This document shows, piece after piece, positions 11,218 to 21,862 of a DNA stretch of 64,000 nucleotides (positions are counted from its first letter, which is position 1; each line of letters starts with the position of its first letter). The stretch covers positions 310,001 through 374,000 of the forward strand of contig NIVC01000957.1 in the NCBI GenBank assembly GCA_002269645.1. Reading direction: 5' to 3'. Source of the stretch: Macrostomum lignano (Eukaryota). The notes below the pieces were generated by a model that had not been told where the DNA came from, did not search any database, and saw nothing but the letters and a program-made list of their open reading frames with translations. A program made the position numbers and the translations under genes.

Positions 11218-13040
11218 TATCTCAGTCTGTCTATCTCCTATCTGTCTATCTCAGTGTCCTAGGTGCCTATCTCAGTGTCCTATCTGTCTATCTCAGTTTC
11301 CTAGGTGTCTATCTCAGTTTCCTGGGTGTCTACGCTCGTATCTTAGTGTCCTAGCTGTCTATCTCAGTGTCCTAGGTGCCTATCTTAGTGTCCTAGCTGT
11401 CTACCTCAGTGTCCTATCTGTCTACCTCAGTGTCCTATCTGTCTATCTCAGTGTCCTATCTGTTTATCTCAGTGTCCTAGGTGTCTATCTCACTGTCCTA
11501 GCTGTCTATCTCAGTGTCCTAGCTGTCTACCTCAGTGTCCTATCTGTCTATCTCAGTGTCCTAGCTGTCTATCTCAGTGTCCTAGCTGTCTACCTCAGTG
11601 TCCTATCTGTCTATCTCAGTGTCCTAGGTGTCTATCTCAGTGTCCTAGCTGTCTATCTCAGTGTCCTAGCTGTCTACCTCAGTGTCCTATCTGTCTATCT
11701 CAGTTTCCTAGGTGTCTATCTCAGTTTCCTGGGTGTCTACGCTCGTATCTTAGTGTCCTAGCTGTCTATCTCAGTGTCCTAGGTGCCTATCTCAGTGTCC
11801 TAGCTGTCTATCTCAGTGTCCTAGCTGTCTACCTCAGTGTCCTATCTGTCTATCTCAGTGTCCTAGCTGTCTATCTCAGTGTCCTAGCTGTCTACCTCAG
11901 TGTCCTATCTGTCTATCTCAGTGTCCTAGGTGTCTATCTCAGTGTCCTAGCTGTCTATCTCAGTGTCCTAGCTGTCTACCTCAGTGTCCTATCTGTCTAT
12001 CTCAGTTTCCTAGGTGTCTATCTCAGTTTCCTGGGTGTCTACGCTCGTATCTTAGTGTCCTAGCTGTCTATCTCAGTGTCCTAGGTGCCTATCTCAGTGT
12101 CCTAGCTGTCTATCTCAGTGTCCTAGGTGTCTACCTCAGTGTCCTATCTGTCTATCTCAGTGTCCTATCTGTTTATCTCAGTGTCCTAGGGTCTATCTCA
12201 GTGTCCTAGAGGTCTATCTCAGTATCCTACGTGTCTATCTCAGTTTCCTAGCTGTCTATCTCAGTGTCCTAGAGGTCTATCTCAGTATCCTACGTGTCTA
12301 TCTCAGTTTCCTAGCTGTCTACCTCAGTGTCCTAGCTGTCTATCTCAGTGTCCTAGAGGTCTATCTCAGTATCCTACGTGTCTATCTCAGTTTCCTAGCT
12401 GTCTATCTCAGTTTCCTAGCTGTCTACCTCAGTGTCCTAGCTGTCTACCTCAGTTTCCTAGCTGTCTATCTCAGTGTCCTAGCTGTCTATCTCAGTGTCC
12501 TATCTGTCTATCTCAGTTTCCTAGGTGTCTATCTCAGTGTCCTAGCTGTCTATCTCAGTGTCCTATCTGTCTATCTCAGTTTCCTAGGTGTCTATCTCAG
12601 TTTCCTGGGTGTCTACGCTCGTATCTTAGTGTCCTAGCTGTCTACCTCAGTGTCCTAGCTGTCTACCTCAGTGTCCTAGCTGTCTACCTCAGTTTCCTAG
12701 CTGTCTACCTCAGTTTCCTAGCTGTCTACCTCAGTTTCCTAGCTGTCTATCTCAGTGTCCTAGCTGTCTACCTCAGTTTCCTAGCTGTCTATCTCAGTGT
12801 CCTAGATGTCTACGCTCGTATCTTAGTGTCCTAGCTGTCTATCTCAGTGTCCTAGGTGTCTATCTCACTGTCCTAGCTGTCTATCTCAGTGTCCTAGCTG
12901 TCTACCTCATTGTCCTATCTGTCTATCTCAGTGTCCTATCTGTTTATCTCAGTGTCCTAGAGGTCTATCTCAGTATCCTACGTGTCTATCTCTGTGTCCT
13001 AGCTGTCTATCTCACTGTCCTATCTGTCTATCTCTGTGTC
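11218..13040 (+). repeat. 21-bp satellite (GTCTATCTCAGTGTCCTAGCT) with higher-order structure
   Basis: About 85 units. The variant GGGTGTCTACGCTCGTATCTTAG recurs near 11323, 11731, 12033 and 12608. Confidence 0.92.
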
Positions 13041-13152
13041 CTGGATGTTTATTCTACATACGTAACTTATGGCTTCTAAGCAAGAAAGTAGCAATAACCA
13101 GCAGTTCTACTTGTATTAAGCAAGGCGCGCATTTTCCTAGTAAATGTCCCAT

Positions 13153-13513
13153 AAGGGGAGCCGTAGCCCAGCGGTCTAGCGCAGGCTCTGGTGTGCCAGC
13201 GACCCAGGCTCGATTCCAAGTGCAGTCACATTAATTTGGGGCTGAATTGGAATCTCGGCTTGGCTCTGCTCGTGCAATTAACGGCCTTGAGAGCCAACCC
13301 CCCAAGGCACAGTGAAGTGTACATGCCTAACGATAAATAAAGTTAGGGCCGCTGTACACTCCTGTGTGTGTGTGTGTGCCTGCGTACGTATCCGCGCGCT
13401 TGTGTGCCTGCTCAGGGGAGTCGGCGGAATGGGCAGTAATGCCTCTCGCCGGTTGTGTGCCTATGTCGCTTAAAGTGCGCCAGGGTGCACACAACCCCCC
13501 TGCCTCTAAAAAA
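13153..13513 (+). mobile_element. tRNA-derived SINE, full length, with poly(A) tail and 35-bp target-site duplication
   Basis: A box TAGCCCAGCGG (13164-13174), B box GGCTCGATTCC (13207-13217) and A-tail at 13508-13513. Direct repeats AAGCAAGGCGCGCATTTTCCTAGTAA(A/T)TGTCCCAT at 13118-13152 and 13514-13548 differ by 1 base. Confidence 0.82.
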
Positions 13514-13695
13514 AAGCAAGGCGCGCATTTTCCTAGTAATTGTCCCATCATTGAAACTTGCTCCCCCAGATCGGCTAGGCGGTCCGCATGAATTCGCAGC
13601 GGCAGCAGCAGGCGAAGCCGGCGGTCCCAGCCTCCTCTTCATCATTATGCTCATCTTCCCAGCAGCCGCAGGCCGGCAAGCAGCCGCGGGCCTGG

Positions 13696-14160
13696 ATGGA
13701 CGCGGATTTTCGTCGCCAGCTGTCCGCCCGGCGCGAGCGAGTCGAAGACGCCTTTGAATTCGAAGGCCGCAAAGTGGGCCGCGGCAGCTACGGCCAGGTG
13801 TTCAAGACCAAGCCGAGGAGCTGCGCCGACGCACCCGCTGGCGACTACGCGCTCAAGCAGATCGAAGGCAGCGGCCTCTCCATGTCCGCGTGCCGCGAGA
13901 TCGCCCTGCTGCGCGAGCTGAAGCACCCCAACGTGATCTCGCTGAAGCAGGTCTACCTGGCTCACGAGACCCGCCAGATCTGGCTGCTGTTCGACTACGC
14001 CGAGCACGACTTGTGGCGCATGATCAACTTTCACGCCAGCGCCAAGAAGTGCAACAGCCAGGTCAGCCTGCCGCCCAATTTCACTAAGAGCATCATGCAC
14101 CAGATTCTCTGCGGCATCCACTACCTGCACTCCAACTGGGTGCTGCACAGGGACCTGAAG
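13696..14160 (+). CDS. CDK8: Cyclin-dependent kinase 8, exon 1 (an in-frame upstream ATG at 13588 would add 36 aa)
   Basis: [63 protein letters not shown] and [14 protein letters not shown] are present. Donor is AAG|GTAAGG at 14161. Confidence 0.93.
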
Positions 14161-14199
14161 GTAAGGCTGTCTGCGATTTCTTGCCTCTTGATGATATCC

Positions 14200-14685
14200 G
14201 TTCCCTCCCTCACTGCATCTCCGCCCTTCCCTCACTGCATCTCCGCCCTTCCCTCACTGCATCTCCGCCCTTCCCTCACTGCATATCCGCCCTTCCCTCA
14301 CTGCATCTCCGCCCTTCCCTCACTGCATCTCCGCCCTTCCCTCACTGCATCTCCGCTCCCTCCCTCCCTGCATCTCCGCTCATTCCCTCCCTCCCTGCAT
14401 ATCCGCTCCCTCCCTCCCTGCATCTCCGCTCATTCCCTCCCTCACTGCATCTCCGCTCCCTCCCTCCCTGCATCTCCGCTCATTCCCTCCCTCCCTGCAT
14501 ATCCGCTCCCTCCCTCCCTCACTGCATCTCCGCTCCCTCCCTCCCTGCATATCCGCTCCCTCCCTCACTGCATCTCCGCTCCCTCCCTCACTGCATCTCC
14601 GCTCCCTCCCTCACTGCATCTCCGCTCCCTCCCTCACTGCATCTCCGCTCCCTCCCTCACTGCATCTCCGCTCCCTCGCGCATCT
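14200..14685 (+). repeat. 22-25-bp pyrimidine-rich minisatellite (CTCACTGCATCTCCGCTCCCTCC) filling CDK8 intron 1
   Basis: Tandem units run right up to the acceptor at 14689-14690. Confidence 0.9.
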
Positions 14686-14690
14686 CCCAG

Positions 14691-15241
14691 CCGGCCAACA
14701 TCCTGGTGATGGGTGCCACCTCGCCGGAGCGCGGCCGCGTTAAGATCGCAGACCTGGGCTTGGCGCGCCTGTTTCACCAGCCGCTGACTCCACTAACGGA
14801 GATCGACCCTGTGGTGGTGACCTTCTGGTACAGGGCGCCGGAGCTGCTGCTGGGGGCCCGGCACTACACGAAGGCCATTGACCTGTGGGCCATCGGCTGC
14901 ATCATGGCGGAGCTCATCACCGACAAGCCGCTGTTCTACTGCAAGCAGGAGGAGGACATCAAGACCAGCAGTCCGTACAACCGCGACCAGCTGGAGCGAA
15001 TCTTCAGCGTCATGGGCTTCCCCAGCCAGCAGGACTGGCGGGACCTGCCGCACCTGCCGAAGTACGGCGACCTTGTGCGCAACTTTGGCACCGGGCAGCA
15101 GTACGCCCGCTTCAGCCTGGGCCGGCACATGAGCCGCAGCTTCGGCATGTCGGAGACCTCGCCCGAGTTCCGCCTGCTCAGCCGCCTGCTAGCTATGGAC
15201 CCCCTGCGGCGGCCCAGCGCCAGGGAGGCTCTGGAGGACAG
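14691..15241 (+). CDS. CDK8: CDK8 exon 2
   Basis: Acceptor CTCCCAG|CCG restores [23 protein letters not shown]...[32 protein letters not shown] follows. Donor is AG|GTGGGT at 15242, phase 2. Confidence 0.93.
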
Positions 15242-15254
15242 GTGGGTCTGATTG

Positions 15255-15960
15255 ATAGATTTGATTGATTCTGTGATGCAATCATTGTTTGACTGATCAT
15301 GTGATGCAATTACACATTGATTGGTTGATCACCTGATGCAATAATTGATTGATTGGTTGGTTGATCACCTGATGCAATACTTGATTGATTGGTTGATCAC
15401 CTGATGCAATAATTGATTGATTGATTGATCACCTAATGCAATAATTGATTAATTGGTTGGTTGATCACCTGATGCAATAATTGATTGATTGATTGGTTGG
15501 TTGATCACCTGATGCAATACTTGATAGATTGATTGATTGATCATCTGATGTAATAATTGATTGATTGATTGATTGATCATCTGATGCAATAATTGATTGA
15601 TTGATCATCTGATGCAATAATTGATTGATTGATTGATTGATTGGTTGATCACCTGATGCAATACTTGATTGATTGGTTGATCACCTGATGCAATAATTGA
15701 TTGATTGATTGATCACCTGATGCAATAATTGATTGATTGATTGGTTGGTTGATCACCTGATGCAATAATTGATTGATTGGTTGGTTGGTTGATCATCTGA
15801 TGCAATAATTGATTGGTTGGTTGATCATTTGAAGCAATAATTGATTGATTGATTGATTGATCATCTGATGCAATAATTGATAGATTGATTGATTGATCAC
15901 CTAATGCAATAATTGATACATTGATTGATTGATCATCTGATGCAATAATTGATAGATTGA
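15255..15960 (+). repeat. (GATT)n-based ~30-36-bp minisatellite (GATCACCTGATGCAATAATTGATTGATTGGTT) filling CDK8 intron 2
   Basis: Visible tandem units containing a variable number of GATT copies. Confidence 0.88.
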
Positions 15961-16039
15961 TACAATAGTTGGTGATTTGACTCTTTAATCTTACGAGTAA
16001 TTACTAGACACGCTGACAGGCTGACACCTCTGATCGCAG

Positions 16040-16154
16040 GTATTTCCTAGAAGAGCCGCGGCCGGCCGCTGACGTGTTTAACGGCTTCGACATTCCGTAC
16101 GGCAAGCGGGACTTTATCAGCGACAGCTCGGACAACAAGGATGACCTTGCCAGG
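16040..16154 (+). CDS. CDK8: CDK8 exon 3
   Basis: Acceptor TCGCAG|G is phase-compatible. (R)YFLEEPRPAADVFNGFDIPYGKRDFIS matches the CDK8 motif [25 protein letters not shown]. Donor is AGG|GTGAGC. Confidence 0.88.
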
Positions 16155-16628
16155 GTGAGCGCACTGATCTCAGAATTTATAATTCGGTTTTCCCATTTTT
16201 CTGTGCATTTTCTAACTGTACTTTTGTGTTGTTTCTCTTTGCATTGCCATTTAAATTGTGTTGCTTGAAGCTGATTTGCACTGATTTTGAATTACTCTCA
16301 ATGCTCAGCTCTTATTCAGTTATTCCAAATCCTCTTGACCGATATACTGGATGAGTAGGAGCGGTCCTCTCATGCAATATACTGAGTAGAAGCAGTTTTT
16401 ACAATCTCAAATCGATTGCCTTAAATATATTACTCGCAAATTAAAAGCTTTCATTTGAGTAATCTTCATCATCAACTTTATATTTCGTAGCGCTTTTAAA
16501 TTTGTTTGTAAAGTTGTCTTCACATTTATTCAGTAGTCTGTACCTGTCATTGCCACGTAGTCATTTGTATGAGCATTCTGCACCAATTGCATCGCTCTCG
16601 CTACCATCTCTGTCCCTGCTTGGCCCAG

Positions 16629-16775
16629 CTTCACTTTGCCAGCCGCGGTCGCCATCTCGCTGTGGCGTCCCAGCAACAGCAGAGACCCATCTGCTCGCAG
16701 CAGCAGCTGCCGCATCGCTTCGACGCTGGGGCGAATTGCGGCAGTTTTGGCAGATTTCACTGCAACAGCAGTTTG
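16629..16775 (+). CDS. CDK8: Possible CDK8 exon 4 (Gln-rich tail, phase 0-0)
   Basis: GCCCAG|CTT acceptor and TTG|GTAATT donor, open in phase, reading [26 protein letters not shown]... There is no family motif to confirm it. Confidence 0.4.
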
Positions 16776-16790
16776 GTAATTCTGGGGTGA

Positions 16791-17225
<435 letters not shown>

Positions 17226-17582
17226 CACGGAGTCAGATAGACAGGGAGGCAGGCAGACAGCAAAGCAAATTAAGCAGGTAAATTTCAAGCAGCTGGTTTT
17301 GTGTTTCAATTTTTCCCTTTCGTCAAAGCTTTTATTTAGTTCGAAACTTTTTATAAGAACAAAGCGGCTCAAGGATTTTAATCTTTTGTATTTGTATTCT
17401 GCTTTAGCGCCATGATTATTGTTTTTTGTTTACCAAAAATAATTTTACGCTCCGACCAATGCACAGTGCGGTGCTTGCTGATGGTGCCGGCTTCTCACTG
17501 CTTTGTCACTTTTATTCCAAAATAATACTGTGCTCAACCTGCTCGAATATTGTTAAGCATCTTCCAATTCTTCAACTTGCAG

Positions 17583-17774
17583 CAGCAGCAGTCGCAGCCA
17601 GTGCACGCCAGCCTGCAGCAGTACCAGCAGAGCCACCAGCAAGCTCTGCTTCTGCAGCAGCAGCAGCAGCAGCTTTCCGCTTCATCAACCTGCGAACCGG
17701 CCGCCAAGCGGATGAGGCTGCAGCAGCTTCCGGCCGCGGCTAATCAGCGCGCCTATAATCCTCATCATCAGTCT
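17583..17774 (+). CDS. CDK8: CDK8 exon 5 (poly-Gln tail with EPAAKRMRL NLS-like motif)
   Basis: TTGCAG|CAG acceptor and TCT|GTGAGC donor. EPAAKRMRL resembles the basic C-terminal motif of CDK8 proteins. Confidence 0.72.
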
Positions 17775-17923
17775 GTGAGCAGCTTCTCTGAAAATGAATT
17801 AATTTATACTACTGCTGTTTTCACTTTGTCAGCAGTATGGTTTTCATTTCTTTTGTTTTATTTTCAAATCAACAACATTCTGAACTGGGTTTTATTAATT
17901 GGACGCCAAAAGTTAAGTTAAGT

Positions 17924-18683
17924 AAGTGACCAGCAACTAGCAGAAGTGACCAGCAACTATCAAAAGTGACCAGCAACTAGCAGAAGTGACCAGCAACTAT
18001 CAAAAGTGACCAGCAACTAGCAGAAGTGACCAGCAACTAGCAGAAGTGACCAGCAACTATCAAAAGTGACCAGCAACTAGCAGAAGTGACCAGCAACTAG
18101 CAGAAGTGACCAGCAACTAGCAGAAGTGACCAGCAACTATCAAAAGTGACCAGCAACTAGCAGAAGTGACCAGCAACTAGCAGAAGTGACCAGCAACTAT
18201 CAAAAGTGACCAGCAACTAGCAGAAGTGACCAGCAACTAGCAGAAGTGACCAGCAACTATCAAAAGTGACCAGCAACTAGCAGAAGTGACCAGCAACTAT
18301 CAAAAGTGACCAGCAACTAGCAGAAGTGACCAGCAACTATCAAAAGTGACCAGCAACTAGCAGAAGTGACCAGCAACTAGCAGAAGTGACCAGCAACTAG
18401 CAGAAGTGACCAGCAACTATCAAAAGTGACCAGCAACTAGCAGAAGTGACCAGCAACTATCAAAAGTGACCAGCAACTAGCAGAAGTGACCAGCAACTAG
18501 CAGAAGTGACCAGCAACTATCAAAAGTGACCAGCAACTAGCAGAAGTGACCAGCAACTAGCAGAAGTGACCAGCAACTAGCATAAGTGACCAGCAACTAG
18601 CAGAAGTGACCAGCAACTAGCAGAAGTGACCAGCAACTATCAAAAGTGACCAGCAACTAGCAGAAGTGACCAGCAACTATCAA
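17924..18683 (+). repeat. 20-bp minisatellite, 38 units, two interspersed variants (AAGTGACCAGCAACTAGCAG / AAGTGACCAGCAACTATCAA)
   Basis: 760 bp divides into exactly 38 units of 20 bp. Confidence 0.95.
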
Positions 18684-18843
18684 GGCTTCGACAATTAGAA
18701 AGTTCTGAGCTGCGGCAGAAATACTTGAAGTTTCCGACCCCTGCAGCGAATCGAGTTTAAAATTGCAGCATTGGAGCCGCTGATCCCAAGTCTATTCGCT
18801 ATGTGCATTTGCATATAAGAAATCCGAACTCACCATCCCGCAG

Positions 18844-18924
18844 GCTGACGGCCGGCAGCAGGGCCCCCACCCAAAGCCGTACCCGATGCAGGAGTACAAC
18901 GGCTATCGGGCCAGTTATAACTAA
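18844..18924 (+). CDS. CDK8: Probable CDK8 last exon (ADGRQQGPHPKPYPMQEYNGYRASYN*)
   Basis: CATCCCGCAG|GCT acceptor, in phase with exon 5, GC-rich codons, stop TAA at 18922-18924. Confidence 0.6.
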   Translation, partial: ADGRQQGPHPKPYPMQEYNGYRASYN

Positions 18925-19044
18925 CCGGATGGCCTGTGTGCGATGCTTTTTGCTCGGCTTTTTTAAGGGATGTCGGTTTGATTCTGGCGGGCTGGCAGTT
19001 TTATCGGTTTAAGTTGCTTTCATTGCTGTATTATTGTATCTAGT

Positions 19045-19066
19045 TGTCTGTCTGTCTGTCTCTGTG

Positions 19067-19098
<32 letters not shown>

Positions 19099-19785
19099 CC
19101 AATCCATCACAGCCCCAATCTATCACATCCCAATCCATCACAGCCCGAATCCATCACAGCCCCAAGCCATCACAGCCCCAATCTATCACAGCCCCAAGCC
19201 ATCACAGCCCCAATCTATCACATCCCAATCCATCACAGCCCCAAGCCATCACAGCCCCTATCCATCAAAGCCACAAAGCCATCACAGCCCCAATCCATCA
19301 CATCCCAATCCATCACAGCCCCAAGCCATCACAGCCCCTATCCATCAAAGCCCCAAGCCATCACAGCCCCAATCCATCACAGCCCCAATCCATCACAGCC
19401 CCAATCCATCAAAGCCCCAAGCCATCTCAGCCCAATCCATCACAGCCCTAATCCATCAAAGCCCCAAGCCATCTCAGCCCAATCCATCTCAGCCCAATCT
19501 ATCACAGCCCAATCCATCTCAGCCCAATCTATCACAGCCCAATCCATCTCAGCCCAATCTATCACAGCCCAATCCAGCTCAGCCCAATCTATCACAGCCC
19601 AATCCATCTCAGCCCAATCTATCACAGCCCAATCCATCTCAGCCCAATCTATCACAGCCCAATCTATCACAGCCCAATCCATCTCAGCCCAATCTATCAC
19701 AGCCCAATCCAGCTCAGCCCAATCTATCACAGCCCAATCTATCACAGCCCAATCCATCTCAGCCCAATCCATCCCAGCCCAATCC
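19045..19785 (+). repeat. (TCTG)n followed by a 15-bp-family minisatellite (CCCAATCTATCACAG)
   Basis: Direct observation. Confidence 0.9.
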
Positions 19786-20284
19786 CGATCTTACCTCGCC
19801 ACGCTGACAGCCGAGCAGCTCTACCCGCACATGTCAATCAAACGAGCGCATTTTTGTCTTGAATCGGAAAACAAAAAAGCAAACAAAAGTCTCGTGCACT
19901 CAGCGCCCGCTTGTCTGTTCAAACTGTGTATCCGCTATTCTTTCGCTGGCTTTCAACACTGAATTTATCCTCTTTATTTCCTGTGTCGCTGTTTGACTTC
20001 AGTTTTATTTTGTATATTTGATGTTTAAGACTGACCAGCATCTTTCAGTTAATTGTCTTGGCTTTGTATTGCGTATATTTGTGCCACTACACCTTTATTT
20101 GGAGTCAGTTTTACAGGTATCTGGCTTTTGTTAGTTATTTTCCATGTTTTTGCATAATGTCTGTCCAGCTCTTACTATTAGTAGTATAAATTTTGGGTTC
20201 TTCAAGCGGTTCATTCGGCTGCCAATTAGGTGGCTTTTTAATTTTCCGGATGTTTTACTTGCATGAGCCCGAGATTTGAATTGA

Positions 20285-20698
20285 GTCGCGTCACGTGACG
20301 TGGCATCTCTAATTGGTAGTAGGCTGAGTTTAGTCGCGTGATGACATCTCTAAATAGTGATAGCCTGAGTTAGTCACGTGATGACATCTCTAAATAGTGA
20401 TAGCCTGAGTTAGTCACGTGATGACATCTCTAAATAGTGATAGCCTGAGTTTAGTCACGTGATGACATCTCTAAATAGTGATAGCCTGAGTTTAGTCACG
20501 TGATGACATCTCTAAATAGTGATAGCCTGAGTTTAGTCACGTGATGACATCTCTAAATAGTGATAGCCTGAGTTTAGTCACGTGATGACATCTCTAAATA
20601 GTGATAGCCTGAGTTTAGTCACGTGATGACATCTCTAAATAGTGATAGCCTGAGTTTAGTCACGTGATGACATCTCTAATTAGTGGTAGCCTGAGTTC
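20285..20698 (+). repeat. 40-41-bp minisatellite carrying an E-box TCACGTGA in nearly every unit
   Basis: Unit GAGTTTAGTCACGTGATGACATCTCTAAATAGTGATAGCCT, about 9-10 copies. Confidence 0.92.
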
Positions 20699-21119
20699 AA
20701 GACAACTCACAGGTTTAGAGGTTCAAAATGGTTAGCAATAAAATGCCTCCCGCCTCTGTGTTGAGCTCTTTATTTCTCAATTAGCTTTCATATTTTCTTG
20801 CATATGACAGTTTCCAATGCTTGTCAATTTTTGGAATTTTGCTTTTCTTTCGCGCGCGTTGCTTTTGTGTGGGCTTGAAATTTTTTCTATTTATTTTTTC
20901 ACTTAGTTATATGCGAGTATTGCTTTGTAGTTAATAACTATTTTATTTACTTTGCGCCTGTTTCATAAGTATTGATCCGCATTCAATGTTCTCTGCTCTC
21001 GTTTTCTGCTGCACTTTCCTTGTGCTTTTTGGAAAGCTTTCAAAGCTTTTGACAGGCAGTGCTGCCCTTCGTTCATCGCAGTGATGTTCAACTGTTCACT
21101 AACCCTGGGGATTCTCGTG

Positions 21120-21365
21120 AGAATCGCCCCTAAACTGCCCCAAGAACCGCCTCTAAAGTGCCTAAAATCGCCCCTAAACTGCCCCAAGAACCGCCTCTTA
21201 AGTGCTTAAAATCGCCCCTAAACTACCCTAAGAATCGTCCCTAAACTGCCCTCAAAATCGCCCCTAAACTAATCTACGAATCGCTCCTAAACTGCCCTTA
21301 AGTCGCACCTAAACTGCCTTAACAATCACCCCTACTCTGCCCTGCCCTAAGAACCGCCGCTAAAC
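21120..21365 (+). repeat. Degenerate ~21-bp repeat (AATCGCCCCTAAACTGCCCCAAG)
   Basis: Recurring GCCCCTAAACT core. Confidence 0.7.
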
Positions 21366-21742
21366 CGGTCTAAAATTTACCAGTCACTATGAAGAGCGAA
21401 TGTACACTGAATATCCAAGCAAGCATATGAATTGTATTCAAAGAAAACCGCGACAAAAATTGGCACTGAAACCCCGGCAATCGCGCTGCACTGTTGATGT
21501 TACCCCCCCCCCTCCCCCCCCCCTACGCGGTTCACTCCGTTGTTGACAAGCATTTTTTAATCGGTGATTCTAACCTAAACCTTATCAGAAAAATAAATGC
21601 TTTTAAAAATATACGAGTACGTTCGTAAAATGCAATTCTGTTGTTTGATGCATTTTTACGATTTGCAAACTCCATTGAAAAGTTGCAACTTTTGTTTATT
21701 GCTTTGCTTTATCTGCTTTTTTTACTCTAAAAAGATGTGTGT

Positions 21743-21862
21743 CAGCCGCTCTCTGATTGGTCGAAGGCAAAACTTTCAGCCGCTCTCTGATTGGTCGAAG
21801 GCAAAACTTTCAGCCGCTCTCTGATTGGTCGAAGGCAAAATTGTCAGCCGCTCTCTGATTGG
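21743..21862 (+). repeat. 34-bp tandem repeat x3.5 containing CTGATTGG (reverse CCAAT box)
   Basis: Units start at 21743, 21777, 21811 and 21845. Confidence 0.9.

Noticed and set aside
13157-13230. Functional tRNA gene
   Set aside because: The acceptor and T stems do not pair, and the sequence is the head of a poly(A)-tailed, TSD-flanked element.
14181-14709. ORFs reading through CDK8 intron 1 (PSLHLR/PHCISA repeats)
   Set aside because: These are stop-free translations of the minisatellite; canonical GT/AG sites rejoin HRDLK-PANI exactly.
17924-18683. CRISPR-like regular repeats (also other 20-45-bp arrays)
   Set aside because: The units are head-to-tail with no unique spacers, there are no cas genes, and the context is eukaryotic.
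19034-19962. SQPNL/SITAQ repeat ORFs
   Set aside because: Translations of a 15-bp minisatellite downstream of the probable CDK8 stop; no non-repetitive domain.
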